Notes: a model not told the origin generated them from the letters alone. Numbered from the stretch's first letter, positions 1 to 8,792 are shown. The stretch is 33,433 nt of DNA from an uncultured Oscillospiraceae bacterium (GCA_964523685.1 CAZGAM010000001.1:5774-39206), one strand, 5' to 3'. Program-made: numbers and translations.

Positions 1-559
1 GAATGAAGCCGTAGAGCTGGATGTTGAGATATTGTACACCCTGATCAAGCGTTTCCTGACTGATGCCGGAGCCGCCCATAAAACGAATCATAGGTTCACA
101 GAAAAAGAGACCTATCACCATAAAGAGTATGGCCATAAAAAAGTTCAGCACCATGGCGTGTTTGAATACACGGTTGGCGTCATCTCGGTCCTGTTGGCCC
201 CTGAAACGGGCAATTAAAGCCGTCGCGCCTACATTCATGGCCTGAATCATGGTCATGAGCAGAAATTTAGGCTGGGTAGCCAGTCCAACCGCAGCCAGGG
301 CCATGATGCCCTCCTGACCAGGCAGACGCCCTACCATGATCTGATCAGCCATGCTGGTCAGTTGGGTGAGAACCAGTTCCACCAGACTGGGAAGGGCGAT
401 AAGAATAACATCCCGATACAGCCTCTTTGGCTGGATGCCTGCAGGGATGGGTACCCTGCCAACCCGTCCCGTTGCGTAGGGATCGTTTTCCGGACCATAG
501 GGAAGGTCGTCCAGAGCGGTATAGACAGTTTTCCCCTCTATTTTTTTCTTGTTGTTCAT
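1..559 (-). CDS. MATE family efflux transporter, N-terminal part (runs off the left window edge)
   Basis: Absent from the ORF track because it is edge-truncated. Reverse-strand translation from ATG at 559 gives MNNKKKIEGKTVYTALDDLPYGPENDPYATGRVGRVPIPAGIQPKRLYRDVILIALPSLVELVLTQLTSMADQIMVGRLPGQEGIMALAAVGLATQPKFLLMTMIQAMNVGATALIARFRGQQDRDDANRVF... This is typical of the first MatE repeat. AAGGAG lies 8 nt upstream of the ATG. Confidence 0.8.
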   Translation of the reverse strand, partial: MNNKKKIEGKTVYTALDDLPYGPENDPYATGRVGRVPIPAGIQPKRLYRDVILIALPSLVELVLTQLTSMADQIMVGRLPGQEGIMALAAVGLATQPKFLLMTMIQAMNVGATALIARFRGQQDRDDANRVFKHAMVLNFFMAILFMVIGLFFCEPMIRFMGGSGISQETLDQGVQYLNIQLYGFI

Positions 560-641
560 CCGATTGCAGCTCCTTTTGAGCCATGGCGGACATTCTAGGG
601 ATGATAGGATGAGGGACCAATGGTTGATATTTCGAATTATA

Positions 642-670
642 ATTTTAGAGCGGGTTTCTTTCTCTGTCAA
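642..670 (-). promoter_or_regulatory. Putative sigma-A promoter of the MATE gene
   Basis: On the minus strand: TTGACA (665-670), a 17-nt spacer, then TAAAAT (642-647), about 80 nt upstream of the ATG at 559. Confidence 0.4.
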
Positions 671-1251
671 TAGGTTATTTGAACACAATGGTGCATCACT
701 CTGAGAAAATATGGCAAATCTAAAATACATGATCCGCTGCGTGTATGTATGTGCACGGAGTATAACCTAATAGTTTCAGTGACTTTGAATTTTGATTTAT
801 TTGAAAATCAGAGAGTCGTAATTTCATCATTTGCACAGAAATTTTGTATAGATTAACAAAAAATAGTAGGGAAATGCAGGGGGATTCTATGGAGCCTGCC
901 GTATAAAAAGAGCTTTTATTTATCGAAATGGGAAAAATTGACATTTCTGGGACGAGAAAATTTCGGAAGCCTTAGAAAGTTTGTTCGCAGACGGTGCTTC
1001 TCCAGGAGTGCTTGCCAAAAGCCGACTGCCGGCTATAAAAAACCGCGGTCCCTGCTTGTTTGAGAGGCTGCCGGATGCTTTTCAGGCAAGCGAACCATAG
1101 AAAGAGGGGACGCAAGAGCCGGGGAAAGCCGGTTGGAGCATGGCCCTAGAACAGACAAAGCACATACAGGCGCGGCGGGTTCTCTGCAAGGAAGGCATGG
1201 CATATACGTCGAAATGACGGGCCTCTGCAGTGAGTTATAAAGCAGATAATC

Positions 1252-1290
1252 GGGTAGGAGGCTAGCCCTGAATGGGCCAGCAGCCTACCC
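1252..1290 (-). terminator. GC-rich hairpin downstream of ridA (possible terminator)
   Basis: GGGTAGG (1252-1258) pairs with CCTACCC (1284-1290), with an inner imperfect GCTAGCCC/GGGCCAGC stem. It lies 77 nt past the ridA stop. There is no clean U-tract on either strand. Confidence 0.3.
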
Positions 1291-1366
1291 AATCCGTATG
1301 TTATGACATAATTTCATTTTTCTGTGAATCCCGCTGCCGTCATCGGAGGTTCCGACCTTCAAGGGG

Positions 1367-1744
1367 TTACTGAAATGCTGCGATGACCTCAATTTCGCAG
1401 AGAACTTTCTTAGGCAGATCCTTTACCGCGACACAAGAACGGGCAGGGTTGCTGGTAAAATAAGAACCGTAGACCTCGTTAAAGGCACTGAAATCGGCCA
1501 TGTCAGCCAGATAACAGGTCGTTTTTACCACATTTTCGAAAGTTAGTTCATTGGCTTCCAAAATGGCTTTCACATTTTGGCAGGCTCGGTCAGCCTGCTC
1601 TCCTATCGTTTTTCCGACAATCTCGCCCGTCGCAGGATCCAAGGGAATCTGCCCTGAGGCAAAGAGAAATCCACCAGCAGAGACTGCCTGAGAATAGGGG
1701 CCAATTGCCGCAGGAGCCCTGTCAGTATGAGTTTTTTTGAGCAT
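1367..1744 (-). CDS. ridA: RidA family reactive enamine/imine deaminase (YjgF/TdcF family)
   Basis: The 125-aa ORF reads MLKKTHTDRAPAAIGPYSQAVSAGGFLFASGQIPLDPATGEIV...TTCYLADMADFSAFNEVY...CEIEVIA, the textbook RidA pattern. AGGAG is upstream. Confidence 0.9.
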   Translation of the reverse strand: MLKKTHTDRAPAAIGPYSQAVSAGGFLFASGQIPLDPATGEIVGKTIGEQADRACQNVKAILEANELTFENVVKTTCYLADMADFSAFNEVYGSYFTSNPARSCVAVKDLPKKVLCEIEVIAAFQ

Positions 1745-2026
1745 GATAGCATATTCTCCTTTTAAGTAAATCTAAGCTGCATCTATTTTGGGAATAAGAA
1801 AATTGGGGCGGCCAATGGGATATGCAGATCAGTAACTTCCGGATGTGGCGCCAATCGGACGAAGGACATCATCGTTTCAAGGCGATGCCGCTTCCGAAGG
1901 CCTTTCCATTCCGGAAATCAGTTCGGGCAGAGAGATTTTCAGGGCATGCTGTGTAGACCGCCATGGGTGCAATCACTCCCTTTATCTATCTGCGGGAGAG
2001 TGTAAATCACCAGTGTCATTTGAAAT

Positions 2027-2081
2027 TTTACATGGATTTAACAAGAGAGAGGTAGAGAATTTCACAGTGAGCAGGTATACT
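2027..2081 (+). promoter_or_regulatory. Pho-box-like direct repeats plus a -10-like hexamer upstream of the two-component operon
   Basis: TTTACA (2027) and TTAACA (2038) are spaced exactly 11 bp apart. TTCACA (2061) and TATACT (2076-2081) follow. This matches the B. subtilis PhoP TT(A/T/C)ACA repeat pattern by eye only, and the site is about 400 nt from the regulator start. Confidence 0.3.
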
Positions 2082-2482
2082 TGGCGGAAGAACAGAGAGC
2101 AGGACTTCTGCTTGCGGGCAGCCATCTATTTGCGCCAGCGTGTTTTGGAGTTTTAGAGAGTGCAGGAGTTGACCTTGGCGGGTGAAAACCGGAAGCTGTT
2201 CTGCCAAAGAGGTCCAGAAGCGGTTCCCGCGTTTACCTAAGGACGAGGTCAGAACCACGGGAAACACTTCGGCAGCCGGGAGAATTCAGCCCAGTGCATG
2301 GAAAGCAGCCGGGCAACGAAAGCGGGGTAAGGAGAGGTTTTGAGGGATGCAAATTCGTGTGCATAGTTTGGAAAAGCTGGGGAAAAGGGCTCTGCAGCCG
2401 CCGGAGAGGTACGGCGGGCGGCCCCGTTTGTCAGGACTCTCTTGGCCCATTTGGAATCTGGAGACCTGCGTGAGGTGAGACG

Positions 2483-3163
2483 ATGAACAGAATTTACTGC
2501 CTGGAAGATGACGACAGCATCCGCAACCTGATTCTCTATACGCTCAGCGCATCCGGTTTTGAAGGGTACGGATTCGGCGAAAGTCAATCTTTTTGGGAGG
2601 CGGTCCAGGAAACCATTCCTCAATTGGTGATGCTGGATATTATGCTTCCGGGAGAGGATGGAATCCAGGTGCTGAAGAAAATGAGAGCGAATCCGGCTAC
2701 AGCGAATATTCCAGTAATTATGGCAACCGCCAAGGGCACTGAATACGACAAAGTGGTAGGGCTGGATTATGGGGCGGATGATTATCTGGTGAAACCCTTT
2801 GGCATGATGGAGATGGTGTCCCGCATCAAGGCGGTTCTGCGGCGGTCCGCGCCAAGGGAAGAGGCAGAGCTGCTTCGGTCGGGGGACCTGACGCTGAATA
2901 CAAGGGAACATACAGTTACGATCCAGGGTGAGAGGGTCATTTTAACCTTGAAGGAATATGACCTTCTTCACCTGCTGATGGCCAATCCCGGCAGAGCGTT
3001 TGATCGGGAGACTCTGTTGCGGGAAGTGTGGTCGACAGACTATTCCGGAGAAACCCGGACAGTGGATGTGCATATCCGCTCTCTGCGGACAAAACTGGGA
3101 CAGGCTGCCAGTAGCCTGGAAACGGTCCGTGGAGTGGGTTACCGCTGGGAGGTTTCCCTGTGA
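2483..3163 (+). CDS. OmpR/PhoB-family response regulator (PhoP-like)
   Basis: 226 aa. The receiver domain shows LEDDD...LDIMLPGEDG...ATAKG...DDYLVKPF. The winged-helix output domain shows LTLKEYDLLHLLMANPGRAFDRETLLREVW...RTVDVHIRSLRTKL...VRGVGYR. GAGGTG SD. Its stop overlaps the kinase GTG (GTGA). Confidence 0.92.
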   Translation: MNRIYCLEDDDSIRNLILYTLSASGFEGYGFGESQSFWEAVQETIPQLVMLDIMLPGEDGIQVLKKMRANPATANIPVIMATAKGTEYDKVVGLDYGADDYLVKPFGMMEMVSRIKAVLRRSAPREEAELLRSGDLTLNTREHTVTIQGERVILTLKEYDLLHLLMANPGRAFDRETLLREVWSTDYSGETRTVDVHIRSLRTKLGQAASSLETVRGVGYRWEVSL

Positions 3164-4824
3164 CGAAGAGAATCTTTCATTCTTTCTGTCTGGTAGCATT
3201 TACGGTGTTTTTGGCATCGATCGTGCTGATTATGGGAGTACTGTATGAGTATTTCTCCCGCATTGAGCAGACGCAGCTGCGCATGCAGACGCAATTGGCC
3301 GCCCAGGGAGTGGAACTGGGCGGAAGAGAATATTTCCATGGACTGGATGTCCGGGATTACCGGATTACCTGGATCGGCGGGCAGGGAGATGTCCTTTACG
3401 ACACCGAAGCAGACAGCCGTGTAATGGAAAACCATCTGGAGCGGGCAGAAGTGCGGCAAGCTCTGGAAGAAGGTTACGGAGAAAGTCAACGCTATTCTTC
3501 TACCTTGATGGCCAGGTTCCTGTATGCTGCGCAGAGGCTGGGAGATGGAACCGTGTTGCGACTGTCCATCGCGCAGAACACAGTGTTGACCATGCTGCTT
3601 GGAATGGGTCAGGGGCTGGCGGTGGTAATCGCTATGGCTCTGCTCCTGTCAGTATTATTAGCAGGACGGCTTAGTAAACGCATCGTTCAACCCCTGAACA
3701 ACCTGGACCTTGACCATCCTATGGAAAATAAAGGATATGAGGAGATTTTTCCTTTGCTCTCCCGGATGGAGATGCAGCAGAAGCAGCTTCGGGAGCAGAA
3801 AACGCAGATCAGCCAGCGCAGGGATGAACTGAATGCGGTGACAGACAATATGAAGGAGGGAATCATCCTTCTGAATGCGCAGGGGAAAATTGTAAGTATT
3901 AACAAGGCGGCTGCCAGCCTGCTGAAAGTTCAGCTGCCGGCGGAGGGGAAAGATCTTCCCGCAGTTAGTCAGAATATGGATGTACAGGATGTCTTGACGC
4001 GCGCCGGACAGGGGGAAACCGTAGAAAAATATTTCTCCCTGGACAAGGGAACCTATCGGATGAGTGCCAGTCCTGTGCTCAGCAGAGGGGAACCAACCGG
4101 TGTGGCTGTACTGCTTCTGGATGAGACGGAGAAAGCCCAGGCAGAGGCCATGCGCCGGGAGTTTACAGCCAATGTATCGCATGAGCTAAAAACACCGATG
4201 CACGTCATCTCAGGCTATGCAGAACTGATGCAAAACGGCATGGTCCGGGAAGAGGACATTCGTACTTTTGCCGGCAAAATCTACGACGAGACCCAATTAA
4301 TGGGTAAACTTCTGGACGATATTATCAGCCTCTCTCATCTGGATGAGGGAGCCGGGGATATGTCCTTTGAAACAGTAGATTTGTATGCGGTTGTATGCGG
4401 GGTTCTGCGGGATCTCCAAACGGAGGCAGAAAAGGCCGAGGTGACACTGCAGGTCAGAGGCCGCTCTGTCAGGATGCAGGCTATCCCATCTCTGGTGCAC
4501 TCTATCGTATTCAATCTGTGTGAAAACGGGATAAAATATAATCATGCCGGAGGGCATGTCCAGGTTGTGGCAGAGGAAGAAGAAGGGGTGGCAGTTCTTG
4601 TGGTGCAGGATGACGGCATAGGTATTTCTGCTGAACAGCAGGAGCATATTTTTGAACGATTCTACCGAGGAGAGAAAAGTCATAGCAAACAGGTGCCAGG
4701 TACAGGACTGGGCCTGTCCATCGTCAAGCATGCTGCTATGATCCATAATGCGGCCGTGGAATTGCGCAGTACTCCCGGGGAAGGGACTGAAATTGTGGTT
4801 CGATTCCCCCTTCAAAGGACCTGA
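3160..4824 (+). CDS. Sensor histidine kinase (PhoR-like: 2 TM, PAS, HisKA, HATPase_c)
   Basis: 554 aa. It has an N-terminal TM helix and a second TM around LGMGQGLAVVIAMALLLSVLLAG. PAS-like region NAVTDNMKEGIILLNAQGKIVSINKAA. H-box FTANVSHELKTP. N/G boxes NLCENGIKYN, DDGIGIS and GTGLGLSIVK. Confidence 0.92.
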   Translation: MTKRIFHSFCLVAFTVFLASIVLIMGVLYEYFSRIEQTQLRMQTQLAAQGVELGGREYFHGLDVRDYRITWIGGQGDVLYDTEADSRVMENHLERAEVRQALEEGYGESQRYSSTLMARFLYAAQRLGDGTVLRLSIAQNTVLTMLLGMGQGLAVVIAMALLLSVLLAGRLSKRIVQPLNNLDLDHPMENKGYEEIFPLLSRMEMQQKQLREQKTQISQRRDELNAVTDNMKEGIILLNAQGKIVSINKAAASLLKVQLPAEGKDLPAVSQNMDVQDVLTRAGQGETVEKYFSLDKGTYRMSASPVLSRGEPTGVAVLLLDETEKAQAEAMRREFTANVSHELKTPMHVISGYAELMQNGMVREEDIRTFAGKIYDETQLMGKLLDDIISLSHLDEGAGDMSFETVDLYAVVCGVLRDLQTEAEKAEVTLQVRGRSVRMQAIPSLVHSIVFNLCENGIKYNHAGGHVQVVAEEEEGVAVLVVQDDGIGISAEQQEHIFERFYRGEKSHSKQVPGTGLGLSIVKHAAMIHNAAVELRSTPGEGTEIVVRFPLQRT

Positions 4825-4876
4825 CTGCTTTCATTGTCTCCACAGGGTGCAGCCGCAAATCTATAGAGAAGATTTT

Positions 4877-6631
4877 ATGAATATTTTTGATATACTTTCG
4901 CTGGCAGGAGGGCTGAGTCTTTTCCTGTTCGGCATGAACATTATGGGGCAGGCTTTGGAACGCCGGGCAGGCAATAGTCTTCGAACTCTTCTGGGGAAAA
5001 TGACTACCCAGAAAGTGGCAGGTCTGTTGACGGGGCTTGGGATTACGGCGGTCATCCAGAGTTCCTCAGCCACCACGGTAATGGTAGTTGGTTTTGTCAA
5101 TTCGGGGCTGATGACCCTGAAACAGGCAATCAATGTGATTATGGGCGCCAATATTGGCACGACAGTCACCGCCTGGATTCTTTCCCTAGCGGGAATCGAC
5201 AGTGAAAATTTCTTTGTACAGCTGCTCAAACCCAGCTCTTTTACGCCGGCTGTAGCTTTTGTAGGCATTTTGTTTTACATGTTCAGCCGAAACGAAAAGA
5301 AAAAGGATACGGGAATGATATTCCTGGGGTTTGCTACGCTGATGTTTGGCATGGAGACCATGTCGGAATCGGTTGTCGGTTTACAGAACATGCCGCAGTT
5401 CCAGCGCCTGTTCCTCCTCTTCACCAATCCACTGCTCGGTGTCCTGGTGGGCACGCTGCTTACGGCTATCATCCAGTCCAGTTCCGCCTCTGTAGGTATT
5501 TTGCAGGCTCTGGCAGTGACGGGACAGGTCACTTATGGAGCGGCTATTCCCATTATCATGGGTCAGAATATAGGAACCTGCGTTACGGCCATCATCTCCG
5601 CGGTGGGAGCCAACAAGAACGCCAAAAGAGCCGCCATGGTGCATCTGGCCTTCAATGTGATCGGCACGGTTGTATGGCTGACGGTATTTTGCCTGGTAAA
5701 AGCTTTTTTGCACCCTGCAATCCTGAATGAGAAAGCAACTTTATTGGGCATAGCTGCTGTGCATTCCATTTTTAATGTCCTGTGCACAGTCCTGATGCTG
5801 CCTATGAGCGGTATGCTGGAAAAACTGGTCTGTCATCTGGTACCGGATGCGAAAACACCGGAGGGAGAAAGTGAATTAGACGAACGATTGCTACTGACGC
5901 CACCTATTGCCCTGGAGCGATGCCACGAAGTGGTTTCTGATATGGCCCAGTGCGCCCAAGGGGCGATTCGGGACGCTATATCGTCTATTCAGACCTATAA
6001 TCCTGGCATTGCCCGAAAAATTCGAGATGCGGAGGAACGGGCAGATCATTATGAGGACATTCTGGGTACATATCTTGTCAAATTGAGTACCGGTCAGATA
6101 AGCGAAGAGAACAGCAGCGAGGCGGCAGAGCTGCTGAAGGTGATTGGGGACTTTGAGCGAATCAGCGACCACGCCGTGAATATACTGGACTCTGTAGAAG
6201 AGCTGGTGCAGAAGGAAATGTCACTCAGCGAGGATGCCCGGGAGGAGATGGGTGTGCTGACAGCCGCGGTGGTAGAAATCACCGACCTAGCCATGCAGGC
6301 TTTTCTGCACAGTGACACAGCGCTGGCAGAGGATGTAGAACCACTGGAGCAGGTGATAGATTCTTTGAAAGAAACGTGCAGAACGCATCACATTCAGCGG
6401 CTGCAGCAGCAGAAATGCTCTATTTCAGTGGGGTTCGTATGGAACGATCTGCTGACGGATTTGGAGAGAGTGAGTGACCATTGCTCCAATATAGCCGGAT
6501 GTGTGATGGATGCGGCCCTGGGCAACCTAAACGTCCATGAGTCGGTTCGTGCTGTTCGCAGTGACAGGGCGAAATTTACGGAACGATATGAGGCGTTCTT
6601 AAAAAAATACAGTCTGACGACAGCTGTTTAG
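4877..6631 (+). CDS. Na/Pi cotransporter family protein with C-terminal PhoU-like repeats
   Basis: The start is trimmed to ATG 4877 (MNIFDILSLAGGLSLFLFGMNIMGQALE...). Duplicated QSSSATT / QSSSASV transporter motifs are present. The C-terminal half has two PhoU-like helical repeats (ERISDHAVNI, ERVSDHCSNI). The ORF-track start at 4748 overlaps the kinase gene. Confidence 0.9.
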   Translation: MNIFDILSLAGGLSLFLFGMNIMGQALERRAGNSLRTLLGKMTTQKVAGLLTGLGITAVIQSSSATTVMVVGFVNSGLMTLKQAINVIMGANIGTTVTAWILSLAGIDSENFFVQLLKPSSFTPAVAFVGILFYMFSRNEKKKDTGMIFLGFATLMFGMETMSESVVGLQNMPQFQRLFLLFTNPLLGVLVGTLLTAIIQSSSASVGILQALAVTGQVTYGAAIPIIMGQNIGTCVTAIISAVGANKNAKRAAMVHLAFNVIGTVVWLTVFCLVKAFLHPAILNEKATLLGIAAVHSIFNVLCTVLMLPMSGMLEKLVCHLVPDAKTPEGESELDERLLLTPPIALERCHEVVSDMAQCAQGAIRDAISSIQTYNPGIARKIRDAEERADHYEDILGTYLVKLSTGQISEENSSEAAELLKVIGDFERISDHAVNILDSVEELVQKEMSLSEDAREEMGVLTAAVVEITDLAMQAFLHSDTALAEDVEPLEQVIDSLKETCRTHHIQRLQQQKCSISVGFVWNDLLTDLERVSDHCSNIAGCVMDAALGNLNVHESVRAVRSDRAKFTERYEAFLKKYSLTTAV

Positions 6632-6658
6632 TACCGTTGCTGAGAGCATTTTGGAAAA

Positions 6659-6706
6659 GGCGAAAAGACGGTTTCCCGCAGTTGGGAAACGTCCTTTCGC
6701 CTTTTT
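6659..6706 (+). terminator. Rho-independent terminator of the Na/Pi gene
   Basis: A long imperfect stem GGCGAAAAGACGGTTTCCC / GGGAAACGTCCTTTCGCC (perfect inner 7 bp, loop GCAGTT) is followed by TTTTT (6702-6706). Confidence 0.7.
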
Positions 6707-6885
6707 GATGCAAAGCGATGCTGAAAGCCCCAATTTTAGAGTGTGCCATGCCGCAAACACAAAGCCGGCCTGCGGAAGAAATCCAGAAAAGACAGGGCAA
6801 CAGAAAGCATTCTTCAGAAGGTTATTTTATCTGCAGCAGGCATCTAAGTGAGGCCCTCGTGCAGGCAGCGAACTATCCTGGATGT

Positions 6886-7338
6886 CTAGGTAGCGGGATG
6901 CGCTGAACTGAGTTTATCCAGCAGATCGTATAAGATACTATATAAAAATTGGGCCTTTTCCCCGCTCATGTCCACACAGGCGGCTATACGCTGAGGTACA
7001 CTCAGCGCTTTCTGACGCAGTTCTTCTCCCTTTTTTGTAAGGGAGACAATCAGATCCCGTTCATCTTCGGATGAACGACAGCGGGAGACAAAGCCCTTTT
7101 CCTCCAGCCTTTTCAGAAGCGGTGTCAATGTGCTGGAGTCCAGGTGCAAGTAATGGCCCACCTCTTTTACCCGGATTTCTTTATGTTCCCACATCACCAT
7201 CATGGTGATGTACTGCGTGTAAGTCAGGTTCAATTCGTCCAGAAAAGGTTTGTACGTTTTTACAATCTCCTTTGCGCAGGCGTATAGAGGGAAGCATAGT
7301 TGGTTCTCCAGCTTTAAGGGGTCAAATTCTTCCGGCAT
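6886..7338 (-). CDS. ohrR: MarR-family organic-hydroperoxide-sensing repressor OhrR
   Basis: 150 aa. MPEEFDPLKLENQLCFPLYACAKEIVKTYKPFLDELNLTYTQYITMMVMWEH...LDSSTLTPLLKRLEEKGFVSRCRSSEDERDLIVSLTKKGEEL is colinear with my recollection of B. subtilis OhrR, including the sensing Cys in LENQLCF. Confidence 0.88.
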   Translation of the reverse strand: MPEEFDPLKLENQLCFPLYACAKEIVKTYKPFLDELNLTYTQYITMMVMWEHKEIRVKEVGHYLHLDSSTLTPLLKRLEEKGFVSRCRSSEDERDLIVSLTKKGEELRQKALSVPQRIAACVDMSGEKAQFLYSILYDLLDKLSSAHPAT

Positions 7339-7340
7339 AG

Positions 7341-7757
7341 TTACACTCCCGATGCTGCGATTTTCTTTGCGAACTGTACCGCTTCCTTCAGATCCTCATC
7401 GTTAGGTCTGCCTTTATGGAGCATCAGAAATTGGCCCCGGCAGGAAAATTCGTCCTCCGCCAGGGGGATCTTTTTTTCCTCAAACAGTTTCTCTACATAC
7501 TTGCGGATGGATTTTACAGCGGCAGAAGTACTGAAAAGAACGGCTTTGCCTACCGGTACGTCTATGCTTCTGATAAAGTTTTTTACCTCGTCATCCACAT
7601 CAAAGGCGTAGGGAGCCGTGCAGAGGAACAGAATATCGACCGTTCCCGTCAGTGGTTCAGAGACGGGTTTTGCGGTTAAGCCGAGTTCCGTTGCAATGGT
7701 TTCTGCCAGTCTTTTCGTATTGCCACCTCTGGAGTGATAGCGAATGGAAATTTCCAT
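7341..7757 (-). CDS. Flavodoxin-fold protein
   Basis: 138 aa. The N-terminal MEISIRYHSRGGNTKRLAETIATELG fits the flavodoxin YxSxxGNTxxxAxxIA phosphate-binding loop. GTGAGG SD. Its stop is 2 nt from the ohrR ATG, so the two are likely co-transcribed. Confidence 0.75.
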   Translation of the reverse strand: MEISIRYHSRGGNTKRLAETIATELGLTAKPVSEPLTGTVDILFLCTAPYAFDVDDEVKNFIRSIDVPVGKAVLFSTSAAVKSIRKYVEKLFEEKKIPLAEDEFSCRGQFLMLHKGRPNDEDLKEAVQFAKKIAASGV

Positions 7758-7978
7758 AATGTAAGATACCTCACAATCTGAGAGAGCACCTCATGGATTT
7801 CAAATTCCTTTTTGACTTCCCGAGGTGCTCTCTCCATCATACTAATCAATTCCTGCTCGCCACAGTTCCACCCTTCGACGAACTTCTTCAACTGGCTGCT
7901 GGGTAAAGGAGTGGAAGCTGCCGAGAATCGAACGCTGGCAGCCAGCTCTCCTAGGGGCATCCCGGCGTCACGGTGCAT

Positions 7979-8007
7979 ATTGTACCAAGTTTTGGCGGAT
8001 ATAGCAA
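7979..8007 (-). promoter_or_regulatory. Putative promoter of the flavodoxin-ohrR unit
   Basis: On the minus strand: TTGCTA (8002-8007), a 17-nt spacer, then TGgTACAAT (extended -10, TACAAT = 7979-7984). This leaves a leader of about 215 nt before the flavodoxin SD. Confidence 0.4.
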
Positions 8008-8240
8008 CCGTTCGGGAAGAAAATTGTTGGCGAGCGGATTCCGACCCACATCACGCAGAACGAACGTTGAATATGGATTCGCAAAAGAGTCGCCGGCAGT
8101 GGTTACGGGAAGAGCTGTAGCTGGCGAGGTTTGTCTTTCGAGCTGATGCGGGATGCTCCCTGGCTCGCGCAGCTTTGCCTTTCAAGATCAGGAATCGTTT
8201 CCATGAGAGTGTCTATGGGCCCACTCATGGGGATTGTAAA

Positions 8241-8780
8241 TCACAAGAGTTTCTCGACACTGGCTTTTACGTCATCGAGAGAATCGGTAGGCTCAAAACG
8301 CGCAACAAGTTCTCCATTCCGGTCAATCAGAAATTTCGTAAAGTTCCACTTAATGTTCCCATTGTTTTTGTAATCCTTATCCATCTTCTTGACAGCCGGT
8401 TTCAAAAGCATACTCATCGGGCCATGGAATCCGCCGAAGGTGCTGTTCGCCGTGAGGTACTGATAGAGCGGGATCGCATTTTCACCGATTACATCAACTT
8501 TCGCAAACTGGGGAAACGTGATGCCAAAACGTCCAGTGCAGAAACTGTGAATTTCTTCATTGCTGCCCGGCGCCTGTCCTGCAAACTGGTTGCAGGGAAA
8601 ATCAAGAATTTCCAGCCCATCCTTTGCGTGCAGGTCATACAATGCCTGAAGATCCTTATACTGAGGTGTAAATCCGCATTCCGTTGCGGTGTTCACAATG
8701 AGCAGTACCTTACCGCTGTACTCCGAGAGAGATACCTCTCTGCCGTCCTGCGTCTGTACCGTGTAGTCATAAACACCCAT
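8241..8780 (-). CDS. gpx: Glutathione peroxidase (Cys type)
   Basis: The start is trimmed to ATG 8780, which has AGGAGGG 9 nt upstream. MGVYDYTVQTQDGREVSLSEYSGKVLLIVNTATECGFTPQYKDLQALY...FPCNQF...WNFTKFLIDRNGELV carries the Gpx signatures (NxAxxCG, FPCNQF, WNFxKFL). Confidence 0.9.
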   Translation of the reverse strand: MGVYDYTVQTQDGREVSLSEYSGKVLLIVNTATECGFTPQYKDLQALYDLHAKDGLEILDFPCNQFAGQAPGSNEEIHSFCTGRFGITFPQFAKVDVIGENAIPLYQYLTANSTFGGFHGPMSMLLKPAVKKMDKDYKNNGNIKWNFTKFLIDRNGELVARFEPTDSLDDVKASVEKLL

Positions 8781-8792
8781 AATCTCAAACCC

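Noticed and set aside
1252-1300. The hairpin GGUAGGAGGCUAGCCCUGAAUGGGCCAGCAGCCUACCCAAUCC looked superficially like the SAM-I core (GGAGGGACUGGCCC...GGCAACC...GCCAAUUCC).
   Set aside because: It has no P1, no P3 GGCAACC/GGUGCC pairing and no P4. It folds as a single plain hairpin and is better read as the ridA terminator.
2180-2291. Cobalamin-riboswitch-like fragments: GGGTGAAAACCGG, and AGCCGGGAGAATTCAGCC resembling a B12 box.
   Set aside because: The CCCGCCACTG and GCCACTG elements are missing, the B12-box spacing is wrong, and the genomic context (a two-component system) is not a B12-regulated one.
1845-2911. ORFs at 1845-2156 (+), 2028-2267 (-) and 2249-2911 (-).
   Set aside because: They have no SD and odd composition. 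The last one is antisense to the response regulator gene.
4748-4876. N-terminal extensions in the ORF track. The track starts are 4748, 8843, 10196, 21570, 22750, 26217, 31526 and 32057.
   Set aside because: In each case a downstream ATG or TTG has a proper SD and matches the family N-terminus. The extension either overlaps the upstream gene or terminator, or begins inside a promoter hexamer.
7676-7978. A 100-aa minus-strand ORF between gpx and the flavodoxin gene, overlapping the flavodoxin start by 82 nt.
   Set aside because: Its ATG directly abuts the -10 hexamer of the only good promoter. None of its ATGs has an SD. It overlaps a well-supported gene and shows no family resemblance. I treat the interval as a 5' leader.
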